64,000 nt of DNA from Flavobacteriales bacterium (GTDB lineage Bacteria > Bacteroidota > Bacteroidia > Flavobacteriales_F > PHOS-HE28): contig JBIQIX010000014.1 of assembly GCA_044507815.1 (NCBI GenBank), positions 18,057 to 82,056 of the forward strand. The letters run 5' to 3'. The position numbers were made by a program, and so were the translations under genes. The notes under the pieces are model-generated. The model searched no databases. It worked only from the letters and a program-made list of their open reading frames with translations, and was not told the origin of the DNA. Below are positions 22,582 through 31,818 of the stretch, in pieces; the first letter of the stretch is position 1; each line of letters opens with the position of its first letter.

Positions 22582-24387
22582 ATGAGCGCCGCAATCAACC
22601 CGCCGGTGGACCACAACCAAGGCCACGCGCACGCGGATCTTCACCAGCACAAGGAGAGCTTTATCTCCAAGTACGTGTTCTCGCATGATCACAAGATGAT
22701 CAGCAAGCAGTTCCTGATCACTGCGATCATCATGGCCGTGGTGGCCATGATCATGTCCATCATCTTCCGCCTGCAGATCGCCTTCCCCGGTGAAAGCTTC
22801 GCCTTCACCCACTTCTTCCTGGGCGACAAATGGGCCCCCAACGGTGTGCTCAGCCCCTCGATGTTCCTCGGGCTGGTCACCATACACGGCACGATCATGC
22901 TCTTCTTCGTGCTCACGGGCGGCCTTTCCGGCACGTTCAGCAACTTGTTGATCCCGTTCCAGATCGGGGCGAGGGACATGGCCAGTGGCTTCATCAACAT
23001 GTTGTCCTACTGGTTTTTCCTGGCCGCCTCGATCATGATGCTTTCCTCCCTGTTCGTGGAGAGCGGCCCCGCAGCAGGCGGTTGGACGGTGTACCCCCCG
23101 CTTAGTGTGTTGCCCGAGGCCATCCCCGGCTCCGGCACGGGCATGACCCTTTGGTTGTTCAGCATGGTGCTGTTCATCGCAGGCTCGCTCATGGGCAGCC
23201 TCAACTACATCGTTACCGTGCTGAACCTGCGCACCAAGGGCATGAAAATGACCCGCCTGCCGCTCACCGTTTGGGCATTGCTGCTCACCGCCATCGTCGG
23301 TGTGCTGGCGTTCCCCGTGCTGGTGAGCGCCGTGGTATTGCTGATCATGGACCGCCTGATGGGCACCAGCTTCTACCTGAGCGAGATCTACATCGCAGGT
23401 GAGGCCCTGGACAACCTCGGCGGAAGCCCGATCCTGTACGAGCACCTTTTTTGGTTCCTGGGGCACCCCGAAGTGTACATCGTGATCCTGCCCGCATTCG
23501 GCATCAGCTCGGAGGTGATCTCCACCATGAGCCGCAAGCCGATCTTCGGCTACCGCGCCATGATCGGTTCACTCATGGCGATCTCGTTCCTGAGCTTCCT
23601 GGTATGGGCGCACCACATGTTCGTCACCGGCATGAACCCGTTCCTGGGGTCGATCTTCGCCTTCACCACCACGCTGATCGCCGTGCCCAGCGCCATCAAG
23701 GTGTTCAACTACATCACCACGCTCTGGCGCGGTAACATCATTTTCAGCCCCGGCATGCTGTTCAGCATCGGCATGGTGTCCACCTTTATCGCCGGTGGCC
23801 TTACCGGCATCATCGTGGCCAACGCCGCGCTGGACATCCACGTGCACGACACCTATTTTGTGGTGGCGCACTTTCACATGGTGATGGGCGTGAGCGCGAT
23901 CTTCGCCATGATGGCCGGCGTGTACCATTGGTTCCCCCGCATGTACGGCCGCATGATGAACAACCGGTTGGGCTACGTCCATTTCTGGGTCACGCTGGTC
24001 TGCGCCTACGGCGTGTTCATCCCAATGCACTATGTGGGCCTTTCAGGTCCCCGCCGCTATTATGAGTACACCGAATTCCCCATGTTCCAAGGGCACTTCA
24101 TGGACCTGAACATCATTATCACGGTGTTCGCGGCCATCGGCGGTGCGGTACAGGTGGTATTCCTGTACAATTTCTTCCGCAGCATTTGGTGGGGCCAAAA
24201 GGCACCCCAAAACCCTTGGCACAGCAATACCCTGGAATGGACCGCACCCGTGGAGAACATCCATGGCAACTGGCCCGGTCCGTTGCCCGTGGTGCACCGC
24301 TGGCCGTATGACTACAGCAAACCCGGCAAGCCGGACGACTACGTGCCCCAAACCGTTCCCCTGGAGGAAGGAGAGGAGGAACATTGA
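22582..24387 (+). CDS. ctaD: Cytochrome c oxidase subunit I
   Basis: Canonical haem-copper oxidase motifs: WFLGHPEVYIVILPAFG, VWAHHMF, and HDTYFVVAHFHMV. Confidence 0.98.
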   Translation: MSAAINPPVDHNQGHAHADLHQHKESFISKYVFSHDHKMISKQFLITAIIMAVVAMIMSIIFRLQIAFPGESFAFTHFFLGDKWAPNGVLSPSMFLGLVTIHGTIMLFFVLTGGLSGTFSNLLIPFQIGARDMASGFINMLSYWFFLAASIMMLSSLFVESGPAAGGWTVYPPLSVLPEAIPGSGTGMTLWLFSMVLFIAGSLMGSLNYIVTVLNLRTKGMKMTRLPLTVWALLLTAIVGVLAFPVLVSAVVLLIMDRLMGTSFYLSEIYIAGEALDNLGGSPILYEHLFWFLGHPEVYIVILPAFGISSEVISTMSRKPIFGYRAMIGSLMAISFLSFLVWAHHMFVTGMNPFLGSIFAFTTTLIAVPSAIKVFNYITTLWRGNIIFSPGMLFSIGMVSTFIAGGLTGIIVANAALDIHVHDTYFVVAHFHMVMGVSAIFAMMAGVYHWFPRMYGRMMNNRLGYVHFWVTLVCAYGVFIPMHYVGLSGPRRYYEYTEFPMFQGHFMDLNIIITVFAAIGGAVQVVFLYNFFRSIWWGQKAPQNPWHSNTLEWTAPVENIHGNWPGPLPVVHRWPYDYSKPGKPDDYVPQTVPLEEGEEEH

Positions 24388-24423
24388 TCCTTGCCGCATG
24401 GCCCCGGCCTTGGCACTGCATTC

Positions 24424-24459
24424 CGTAAGATCCGCGCCCTTCGCGCGGATCTTACGTTT
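24424..24459 (+). terminator. Intrinsic-terminator-like hairpin after ctaD
   Basis: CGTAAGATCCGCGC (24424..24437) pairs perfectly with GCGCGGATCTTACG (24443..24456) across a 5-nt loop, followed by TTT. It sits 37 nt after the ctaD stop. Confidence 0.65.
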
Positions 24460-24466
24460 ACGGGGA

Positions 24467-25090
24467 ATGCTGGGCGCCCTGGCACTGCTGGCCATGCCGT
24501 GGGGCGCGCGGGCCCAATTGCTCGACAGCCTGGCGATCTTTTCACGGGAGCGGCCCCGCTTTGTGGCCAAGCTCGATTCGCGCGGGTCATTCATCAGCAA
24601 CAGTAATGTGCGCCTGTTCGGCGTAAAGGCCGGCGTGGAGCACGATGGCCGCCTGCAGTACGGTGTGGGATATGCCTTTCTCACCAGCCATGTGGGGCAC
24701 GATCGCACCGTTGATGGCCGGCCAGGCCAACCGGTGGAATTGCGCCTGTCCTACGCCACGCCTTATGTTGAATATGCCTTCTACCAACGTGGACCTTGGG
24801 AGGCGCGCATTCCTGTGCAATTCGGCATCGGCGGGGCGCGCTTGGTGCACGCGGGAGCGGATGGTGCCCGGCGCACGGTAGAGCAAAGCTTTGTGCTGTT
24901 CTATGAACCGGCCATGACCGTGCAGTACAGGTTTCTGCGTTGGCTCGGGGCAGGGGCGGGTTGGGGCTTCCGGCTGCAACTCGGTGGCTCGCGCATGGGC
25001 GAGAACCTGACGGCCCCGGTTTATTTGCTGGGGTTGAAAGTGTTCATGGGCGAGCTCTGGGCGGACATCAACCGCGGTGGGCGTGGTTAA
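24467..25090 (+). CDS. Hypothetical secreted / outer-membrane-like protein
   Basis: ATG 24467 gives the signal peptide [17 protein letters not shown]. Alternating hydrophobic pattern and aromatic-rich strands. The longer ORF starts (24143, 24398) overlap ctaD or the terminator hairpin. Confidence 0.6.
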   Translation: MLGALALLAMPWGARAQLLDSLAIFSRERPRFVAKLDSRGSFISNSNVRLFGVKAGVEHDGRLQYGVGYAFLTSHVGHDRTVDGRPGQPVELRLSYATPYVEYAFYQRGPWEARIPVQFGIGGARLVHAGADGARRTVEQSFVLFYEPAMTVQYRFLRWLGAGAGWGFRLQLGGSRMGENLTAPVYLLGLKVFMGELWADINRGGRG

Positions 25091-25104
25091 CTTTGGCCAC
25101 CGCC

Positions 25105-26130
25105 ATGCCCGGATCGTTCGACCTGCGCCAAGAGCAACGCTCCGCCTCCGACAAGGAGATGGAGCAGGTGCTGAGGCCGCGCCGCTTTGAGGAATTTGCG
25201 GGACAGAAGGCCGTGACCGACAACCTGAAGGTGTTCGTGCAGGCCGCCAAACTGCGCGGCGAGGCGCTTGACCATTTGCTCCTGCATGGCCCTCCAGGCC
25301 TGGGCAAGACCACCTTGGCGGGCATAGTGGCGCAGGAAATGGGCGTGGGCATGCGCGTGACCAGCGGGCCAGTGCTGGACAAACCCGCCGACCTGGCGGG
25401 GCTGCTCACCAACCTGGAACCCAACGACCTGCTTTTCATTGACGAGATCCACCGGCTGAGCCCGATCGTGGAGGAATACCTCTACAGTGCCATGGAGGAC
25501 TACCGGATTGATCTGGTGATCGATGCGGGGCCCAACGCACGCACCGTGCAGATCCCCTTGAACCCGTTCACCTTAGTGGGGGCCACCACCCGCAGCGGCT
25601 TGCTTACAGCGCCATTGCGCGCGCGTTTCGGCATCAACAGCCGGCTGGATTATTACGACGCCGATACGCTGACAGGCATATTGGAACGCTCGGCCGGTTT
25701 GCTGAACGTACCGATCGGGGCCGACGCAGCGCATGAGATCGCCCGGCGCAGCCGGGGCACGCCGCGCATTGCCAATGCTTTGTTGCGCAGGGTACGCGAC
25801 TTTGCGCAGATCCAGGGCAACGGCTCCATCGACATGGCCATAGCCAAGCACGCCCTGAAAGCCTTGAACGTGGATGCCCATGGCCTGGATGAGATGGACA
25901 ACCGCATCCTGCTCTGCATCATCGAAAAATTCGCGGGCGGGCCAGTAGGGCTGAACACGGTGGCCACGGCGGTGGGCGAGGAGAGCGGCACCATTGAGGA
26001 AGTATATGAGCCGTTCCTGATCATGGAAGGCTACATCATGCGCACGCCCAGGGGCCGGCAGGCCACCGAACGGGCCTACAGGCACTTGGGCAAAGCGTCA
26101 CAGGCCAAGCCCGGTACACTCTTCGAATAA
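25105..26130 (+). CDS. ruvB: Holliday junction branch migration DNA helicase RuvB
   Basis: [12 protein letters not shown], Walker [15 protein letters not shown], Walker [10 protein letters not shown], sensor ..[18 protein letters not shown]. Start at ATG 25105. Confidence 0.97.
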   Translation: MPGSFDLRQEQRSASDKEMEQVLRPRRFEEFAGQKAVTDNLKVFVQAAKLRGEALDHLLLHGPPGLGKTTLAGIVAQEMGVGMRVTSGPVLDKPADLAGLLTNLEPNDLLFIDEIHRLSPIVEEYLYSAMEDYRIDLVIDAGPNARTVQIPLNPFTLVGATTRSGLLTAPLRARFGINSRLDYYDADTLTGILERSAGLLNVPIGADAAHEIARRSRGTPRIANALLRRVRDFAQIQGNGSIDMAIAKHALKALNVDAHGLDEMDNRILLCIIEKFAGGPVGLNTVATAVGEESGTIEEVYEPFLIMEGYIMRTPRGRQATERAYRHLGKASQAKPGTLFE

Positions 26131-26180
26131 GTGGCCCGGGCCAACGACGGCCCGCCATGGTTACATTCGCGGCCCGTATT

Positions 26181-26270
26181 GGAGAAGTGGCCGAGTGGTT
26201 TAAGGCGCACGCCTGGAAAGTGTGTTTACCCGAAAGGGTAACGGGGGTTCGAATCCCTCCTTCTCCGCCA
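26181..26270 (+). tRNA. tRNA-Ser (anticodon GGA), long variable arm, CCA encoded
   Basis: Acceptor stem GGAGAAG/CTTCTCC. D-arm GTGGCCGAGTGGTTTAAGGCGCAC. Anticodon stem-loop CACGC-CTGGAAA-GTGTG. Long variable arm TTTACCCGAAAGGGTAAC. T-arm GGGGGTTCGAATCCCTC. Discriminator G followed by CCA. Confidence 0.93.
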
Positions 26271-26288
26271 ACGCCGCCCGCGAAGCGG

Positions 26289-26352
26289 CTTAGAAATGCC
26301 GAACGGCGGATGCCGAGCTTGCTCGAAGCATCCGGCGTTCGGCATTTCTAAG
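26289..26352. repeat. 64-nt near-perfect inverted repeat (hairpin) 18 nt downstream of tRNA-Ser
   Basis: CTTAGAAATGCCGAACGGCGGATGC (26289..26313) pairs with GCATCCGGCGTTCGGCATTTCTAAG (26328..26352) with one mismatch. An inner CGAGC/GCTCG pair is also present. It may act as the tRNA terminator. Confidence 0.7.
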
Positions 26353-26370
26353 GGGCCGCGCAGCGGCCGC

Positions 26371-26503
26371 GGCGTTGTAGCCTCCCCCACTGGGAAGTCT
26401 TCACCGGCGGCCGCCGGTGAAGCCAATCCCGACAATGCTGTACGGCGTTGTAGCCCCCTTGGGAAGTCTTCACCGGCGGGTGCCGATGAAGCCAATCCCG
26501 ATA
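26371..26503. repeat. Two tandem copies of a ~70-73-bp non-coding unit, each containing an internal palindrome
   Basis: Copy 1 spans 26371..26443 and copy 2 spans 26444..~26503. Both begin GGCGTTGTAGCC and share GGGAAGTCTTCACCGGCGG..GAAGCCAATCCCGA. Copy 1 holds the perfect 24-bp palindrome CTTCACCGGCGGCCGCCGGTGAAG. In copy 2 it is degenerate (CTTCACCGGCGGGTGCCGATGAAG). Confidence 0.7.
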
Positions 26504-26609
26504 GTCCGCCGGTCAGGTTGGCTCTGTGGAAAGAATCGTTCAGCGCAGATACGGTTGCAGCCCCGCAGTACTGATCAAACGTCCGATTGTACACCCTTGC
26601 CTTGCCTTG

Positions 26610-26617
26610 TATTTTTG
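26610..26617 (+). promoter_or_regulatory. Bacteroidota-type -7 promoter box: TATTTTTG
   Basis: Exact TAnnTTTG match ending 9 nt before ATG 26627, implying a very short leader. Confidence 0.45.
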
Positions 26618-26626
26618 CCGCCCCTC

Positions 26627-27613
26627 ATGCCACGCATTGGCCCTATCCAACTTCCGGAATTTCCGCTGCTCCTTGCACCCATGGAGGATGTGAGCGACCC
26701 GCCTTTCCGGGCACTCTGCAAAAAGCACGGCGCGGACCTGATGTATACCGAGTTCATCAGCAGCGAGGGCCTGATCCGCCAAGCCGCCAAGGGCCTGAAA
26801 AAGCTGGACATCTTCCCCGAGGAACGTCCAGTGGGCATCCAGCTCTTCGGTGGCAGTGAGGATGCCATGGAAGAGGCTGCCCGTATCGCCGAACAGGCCG
26901 GTCCGGAACTCATCGACATCAACTATGGATGCCCGGTGAAGAAAGTGGTGGACAAGGGCGCTGGCGCATGCCTGCTGCAGGACGTGGATAAAATGGTGCG
27001 CCTTACCGGGAAGGTGGTGAAGGCCGTGAAACTGCCCGTTACCGTAAAGACGCGCTTAGGCTGGAATGACCACACCAAGAACATCATGGAAGTGGCCGAG
27101 CGCCTTCAGGATGTCGGGATCCAGGCGCTCAGCATCCATGGCCGCACCCGCGCACAATTGTACAAGGGCGAGGCGGATTGGAGCCTGATCGGCGAGGTGA
27201 AGAACAACCCGCGCATACACATCCCCATCTTCGGCAACGGCGACATCAATTCACCGGAAAAGGCCCTGGAATACCGCAACCGCTACGGGGTGGACGGCAT
27301 TATGATCGGCCGCGCCAGTATCGGTGCGCCGTGGATCTTTAACCAGGTCAAACACTTCTTCGCCACCGGCGAACACCTGCCGGCACCCACGATCGATGAC
27401 CGCGTGGATGCCGCCCGCGAGCACCTGGAGCGCAGCCTGGTGTGGAAGGGTGAACACGAGGGCATCGTGGAAATGCGCCGTCATTACACCAACTACTTCA
27501 AGGGCCTGCCCAATTTCAAGGAGCACCGCTTGAAGTTGGTGACCGAGAACGATCCGCGCGTGGTGCTGGAATTGCTGGAGGAGGTACGTGGATGGCTGGC
27601 GCTGGCTGCGTGA
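26627..27613 (+). CDS. dusB: tRNA-dihydrouridine synthase (DusB-like)
   Basis: MPRIGPIQLPEFPLLLAPMEDVSDPPFRALC.., ..IDINYGCPVKKVV, ..LSIHGRTR, ..GNGDI... The ORF-track start at 26417 runs through the tandem repeat and is rejected. Confidence 0.92.
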   Translation: MPRIGPIQLPEFPLLLAPMEDVSDPPFRALCKKHGADLMYTEFISSEGLIRQAAKGLKKLDIFPEERPVGIQLFGGSEDAMEEAARIAEQAGPELIDINYGCPVKKVVDKGAGACLLQDVDKMVRLTGKVVKAVKLPVTVKTRLGWNDHTKNIMEVAERLQDVGIQALSIHGRTRAQLYKGEADWSLIGEVKNNPRIHIPIFGNGDINSPEKALEYRNRYGVDGIMIGRASIGAPWIFNQVKHFFATGEHLPAPTIDDRVDAAREHLERSLVWKGEHEGIVEMRRHYTNYFKGLPNFKEHRLKLVTENDPRVVLELLEEVRGWLALAA

Positions 27614-27701
27614 GGGGAATGCCGATACCTCGCGTTCGCCTGCCTTCCGAATAAATTTCTTGATCGTTCGCCGTTCACCGGACCCGTAGCGTACGCTGTC
27701 G

Positions 27702-27920
27702 CTACTGGGCATGCGTTGTTGGCCGCCGTTGCTTGAGGTCATATGCCCACAAGCCGAGCAGGCCCATCACCGGCATCTCCAACGCACCATGTGCGGTCCA
27801 GCGCTTCCTCTGCTGCGCAGCCAGCTGTTCTTCAGGGAGCTCATTGTTCTTTCGCAACGTTTCCACCGCTTCCAGGAAGAATGCAGTGATCGGCCCGAGA
27901 ACGTTCGGGCCGCTTTTCAC
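27702..27920 (-). CDS. Possible small hypothetical protein (72 aa) or gene remnant
   Basis: The only ORF in a 372-bp gap. Third-codon positions are mostly G/C by eye, consistent with coding. No recognisable motif. Confidence 0.3.
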   Translation of the reverse strand: MKSGPNVLGPITAFFLEAVETLRKNNELPEEQLAAQQRKRWTAHGALEMPVMGLLGLWAYDLKQRRPTTHAQ

Positions 27921-27991
27921 CTGTCCACCATGGCACCCTTACTTTGCGCCTCCCGATTTTTTAATGAACCCTTGCCCCCTAAGCATTGCAC

Positions 27992-30076
27992 ATGAATATC
28001 CTCACCCGCAACAACAGCTTTTTCCTCGCCGGCCTGATAGGCCTGTCCGTTAGTACCGTCGTACTTGCCCAACCCATGAAGCCCTTCACCTATCAGGACA
28101 TGCTGCTGCTGGACCGGATCAGCGGCTTGGATGTTTCCAATGACGGCAATTCCGCCGTCTTCAACGTGCGCGCCACCGATATGGCGAACAACAAAGCCGT
28201 GAACAGCCTTTGGCTGAAGGACCTCACCAAGCCTGCCGTGCCCGAGGTGAAACTCGCCATCAGTGAGGGCGGCGCCAGCGATGCCCAGTGGGGCCCCGAC
28301 GGCAAGACGCTCTACTTCCTCTCTTCACGCAGCAGTGATGGGATCAATCAACTGTGGAAGAGCGATGGCAAGGGCGAAATGGCCGCGCAGGTCACTACGC
28401 TGCCGCTAGATATCCAGGCGTACCGCATCACCCCGGACGGCAAGGGGGTCGTGTTTGCACTGGCTGTTTTTCCGGAGTGCAAGGGCAACGAGATCGCCTG
28501 CACGGTGGAACGCAATTCGAAACGAAAGGCCGACAAGGCCACAGGCACCCTGTACACCAAGATGTTCGTGCGCCACTGGAGCACTTGGGAGGACGGCACC
28601 AGGAACCATCTCTTCTACATGCCGCTGGATGGCTCTGCCGCACCCGTGCCGCTGATGGAGGGCTTGGACGGCGATACGCCCTCCAAGCCGTTCGGCGGCA
28701 CCGAGGATTTTGCCATTTCGCCGGATTCCAGGACCGTCTATTTCAGCGTGCGGCTGGATGGCCCCAAAGAACCGTGGAGCACCAACTTCGACATGTTCAG
28801 CGTGCCCGTTACCGGGGGCAAGGCAACAAACCTCACAGCGGATAATCCCGCTTGGGACGCGGCGCCGGCACCTTCACCCGATGGCAAGACCCTGGCCTAC
28901 CTCGCCATGAAGCGCCCCGGCTTCGAGGCCGATCGCTTCTGGATCCAGCTGCGCGATCTGCCCACCGGCAAGGTCACCACGCTCGCTGGCGATTGGGACC
29001 GCAGCGTGGGCAGCATGAAGTGGAGCGGTGATGGCAAAAGCCTGTTGGTGACCGCACAGGATGTAGGCCGCACCAAGCTGTTCCGCGTGGACGTGAAGAC
29101 CGGGAAGGTCACGCCCATGAGCACCGACGGCCACATCGACGCCTTCTTCGGAACCCCTAGGGGTTTCGTATTCCTGAAAAGCGGCCTCAACAGCCCATCA
29201 CAGCTTTTCGCGGCCAGGCCGAACGCCAAATTGATCGATGATGGCGCCATGAAGCTCACTGCGATCAACAAGAACCTGGAAGCGCTGGCCTTCGGGGCGT
29301 ATGAGCAATTCCATTTCAAGGGTTGGAACGACGAAACCGTGTATGGTTACGTGATCAAGCCCGCCAACTACGTGGACGGGAAGAAGTACCCCGTGGCCTT
29401 CCTGATCCATGGCGGCCCGCAGGGCAGCTTCAGCGAATCGTGGAGCTTCCGCTGGAACCCTCAGACATACGCCGGCGCGGGCTACGCCGTGGTGATGATC
29501 GATTTCCACGGCAGCACCGGCTACGGGCAGGCCTTCACCGATGCCATCAGCCAGCATTGGGGCGACCGCCCGCTGGAGGACCTGCAAAAAGGCTGGGAGC
29601 ACGCAAAGAGGACCTATCCCTTTCTGGATGCGGATCGCGCTGCAGCGCTGGGCGCCAGTTACGGAGGCTTCATGGTGAACTGGATCGCCGGCGTGTGGCA
29701 GGATGCCTTCAAATGCCTCGTGTCACATAACGGCGTTTTCGATCAGCGTGCCATGGGCTACAGCACCGAAGAGTTGTGGTTCACCAATTGGGAAATGGGC
29801 GCAGATGTGTTCACCGACCCTGAAGCTTATGAAAAATTCAATCCCATGTTGCACGCCAAGGATTGGAAAACACCCATGCTCGTGATCCACTCCGACCACG
29901 ATTACCGCATCCCGCTTTCGCAGGGCCTGGGCGTGTTCACGGCGTTACAACACAACAATGTGGAGTCCGAGTTCCTGCGCTTTCCCGATGAGAACCATTG
30001 GGTGTTGAAGCCACAGAACTCACGCATGTGGCACGATACGGTCTTCGGGTGGTTGAGGAAGTACATCGGGGAATAG
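27992..30076 (+). CDS. S9 family serine peptidase (prolyl oligopeptidase / acylaminoacyl-peptidase-like), secreted
   Basis: Signal peptide MNILTRNNSFFLAGLIGLSVSTVVLAQ. Beta-propeller-like N-terminal half. Catalytic domain FLIHGGPQG, nucleophile elbow GASYGG, ..HSDHDYRIP.., ..FPDENHW. Confidence 0.92.
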   Translation: MNILTRNNSFFLAGLIGLSVSTVVLAQPMKPFTYQDMLLLDRISGLDVSNDGNSAVFNVRATDMANNKAVNSLWLKDLTKPAVPEVKLAISEGGASDAQWGPDGKTLYFLSSRSSDGINQLWKSDGKGEMAAQVTTLPLDIQAYRITPDGKGVVFALAVFPECKGNEIACTVERNSKRKADKATGTLYTKMFVRHWSTWEDGTRNHLFYMPLDGSAAPVPLMEGLDGDTPSKPFGGTEDFAISPDSRTVYFSVRLDGPKEPWSTNFDMFSVPVTGGKATNLTADNPAWDAAPAPSPDGKTLAYLAMKRPGFEADRFWIQLRDLPTGKVTTLAGDWDRSVGSMKWSGDGKSLLVTAQDVGRTKLFRVDVKTGKVTPMSTDGHIDAFFGTPRGFVFLKSGLNSPSQLFAARPNAKLIDDGAMKLTAINKNLEALAFGAYEQFHFKGWNDETVYGYVIKPANYVDGKKYPVAFLIHGGPQGSFSESWSFRWNPQTYAGAGYAVVMIDFHGSTGYGQAFTDAISQHWGDRPLEDLQKGWEHAKRTYPFLDADRAAALGASYGGFMVNWIAGVWQDAFKCLVSHNGVFDQRAMGYSTEELWFTNWEMGADVFTDPEAYEKFNPMLHAKDWKTPMLVIHSDHDYRIPLSQGLGVFTALQHNNVESEFLRFPDENHWVLKPQNSRMWHDTVFGWLRKYIGE

Positions 30077-30373
30077 AGCCCAATGCCTGTTGAAGGGTGA
30101 AGCACTTCTTGATCCTGGTCGTGCTGGGGCAACTTCAATCATGGCGATCAACCTGCGCATTGCCCACTGGCTAAGCCGGCGGCGGGATTGGTGACCAGAA
30201 ACGATAGAGGATGTAGACGCTATCCCATCACACGGCGAATTGAAGGCCGAAACCTGGTTTCCAACCCGGTCTGGGGTAGAAGAAAATCAGTAATATCGTA
30301 CAACCTTCCCAGCCCACAACCTGCTGATGACCGACCCCAACGGCATGCGGGCATCGGCCAAATGGCTTAAGCA

Positions 30374-31285
30374 ATGAAAAGCAAAACGCTCACCTTCTTC
30401 GCATTGCTGGTGTTGGGCGGCCAATCCGTTCTAGCACAAAACTGGTGCCCGCCAGGCGCAACCTGGAACTATGACCTGATGTCATTTATGATCGAGGGAT
30501 GCGAAACGCGGACCTATGCAGGCGACACCATTTTGGATGGACGGAACGCACAGCGGATCTTGGTGAACACCGTGTTGATGAATTACATGAGCGGTTCGCT
30601 CGATACAACGAACACGGTGCTTTACACCGCGCAGGAGGATGGACTGGTCCTCGCGTGGGGCACGGGATCGGGCGAAAGCTGGGATACCTTGTACTGGTGC
30701 TCGGCAGAACCCGGTGATCGTTGGTACCCGCCGGGTGCCGATGGCCAATGCGCGGGCCAACATCCTTTGGGCATGCTGCAGGTAGTGGATACCGGGCACG
30801 TGGTGATCAACGATCAGCGTCTTCGCTTCCTTGATATGGCCTATGTGGGCGAGTTCGGCCAGCAGGTGGACCCGTTCACCATCACCGAGCGGTTGGGGGC
30901 GCCATGGATGGTCATACCACCCGGTGGCTGCATCGTTTCCGAGGCCGGGTCAACCATACGCACTTACATGGACGATGACATGTCCTATGATTCCGGCGCC
31001 CCAAGTACCTGCGAGGACCTGATCGATCAGGTCGGTCAGGTACAGGCGGGGCCTGCCTTTGCTGTATACCCCAACCCCGCTGGCGAATGGGTCCGTTTCC
31101 CGAGCGATGCCGTACACGTGGCCCATGTTTCGGTGCTTGATGTGCACGGGCGGATCATGCACACAAGTGCCGTGAACGGTAATGGCCGCTTGGATATCCG
31201 CGTTTTGGCCCCGGGGTATTACATGCTCAAGCTATTCGGTCCGCGTGGCACGTTGCTAGGGTATGCCCCGATGATGAAGGAATAA
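30374..31285 (+). CDS. Hypothetical secreted protein with T9SS C-terminal sorting domain
   Basis: Signal peptide MKSKTLTFFALLVLGGQSVLAQ. C-terminal FAVYPNPAGEWVRF....VSVLDVHGRIMH......LDIRVLAPGYYMLKLF is CTD-like. Confidence 0.75.
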   Translation: MKSKTLTFFALLVLGGQSVLAQNWCPPGATWNYDLMSFMIEGCETRTYAGDTILDGRNAQRILVNTVLMNYMSGSLDTTNTVLYTAQEDGLVLAWGTGSGESWDTLYWCSAEPGDRWYPPGADGQCAGQHPLGMLQVVDTGHVVINDQRLRFLDMAYVGEFGQQVDPFTITERLGAPWMVIPPGGCIVSEAGSTIRTYMDDDMSYDSGAPSTCEDLIDQVGQVQAGPAFAVYPNPAGEWVRFPSDAVHVAHVSVLDVHGRIMHTSAVNGNGRLDIRVLAPGYYMLKLFGPRGTLLGYAPMMKE

Positions 31286-31441
31286 AAGCCTTGGGTTCCT
31301 CTCAACAGCGTCACCGCTGCGATTCGCCAATGCGAGGTCGCTTCGTCGCAGGGCCTCTTAAAGCTGACGCCAGGCTGTGGTGCCGAAACCCGGTCCTGCC
31401 GCTATGGAAAACCAGGTTTCAGCGGAGAAAGATGATTTCCG

Positions 31442-31672
31442 CTACTTCTTCCAATAGTTATTCGCCGCCGCGATGGTCTGGAAGTTGATCGCGATCACCT
31501 GGGAGGCTGCGGTGAGGGCGTTGGGGTCGTTGGCGTAAACGGGGCGCAATTTGTGCAGCACTTCCGTGTCGGGCTGGGTGTATTTCACGCCGCGCCGGCT
31601 TAGGGTTATGGCCAGTTCAAATCCTTCCTGCGGGGTGGCGGTGATCAACGTGGGAAGCCAGGTATCAGTCAT
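31442..31672 (-). CDS. Hypothetical small protein (76 aa)
   Basis: ATG-initiated ORF. Third-codon positions are predominantly G/C by eye, like the confirmed genes. No recognised domain. Confidence 0.5.
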   Translation of the reverse strand: MTDTWLPTLITATPQEGFELAITLSRRGVKYTQPDTEVLHKLRPVYANDPNALTAASQVIAINFQTIAAANNYWKK

Positions 31673-31818
31673 TTTGGATGAGGGTATGAATGGATGATCA
31701 GGTTAGCATGCCTTGCGGCGTGTGCAAGGTAACAGCGTTTCCTGAGGTGGGCACACCTTGGAGCGCTAACAGTAACCTTGGCGGAAGTGCTGCGTTGGAA
31801 GGTGCCATCCCAAGCCGA

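Noticed and set aside
24143-24466. N-terminal extension of the hypothetical gene (ORF-track start 24143; ATG 24398)
   Set aside because: The extension overlaps the 3' end of ctaD in another frame. It then runs through the terminator hairpin at 24424..24456. ATG 24467 gives a clean signal peptide.
26371-26503. Possible CRISPR array
   Set aside because: There are only two directly abutting copies with no spacers. The unit length of about 70 bp is atypical. There are no cas genes in the window.
26181-27700. Genomic island or prophage integrated at tRNA-Ser
   Set aside because: There is no integrase and no duplicated tRNA 3' segment. The next gene, dusB, is core.
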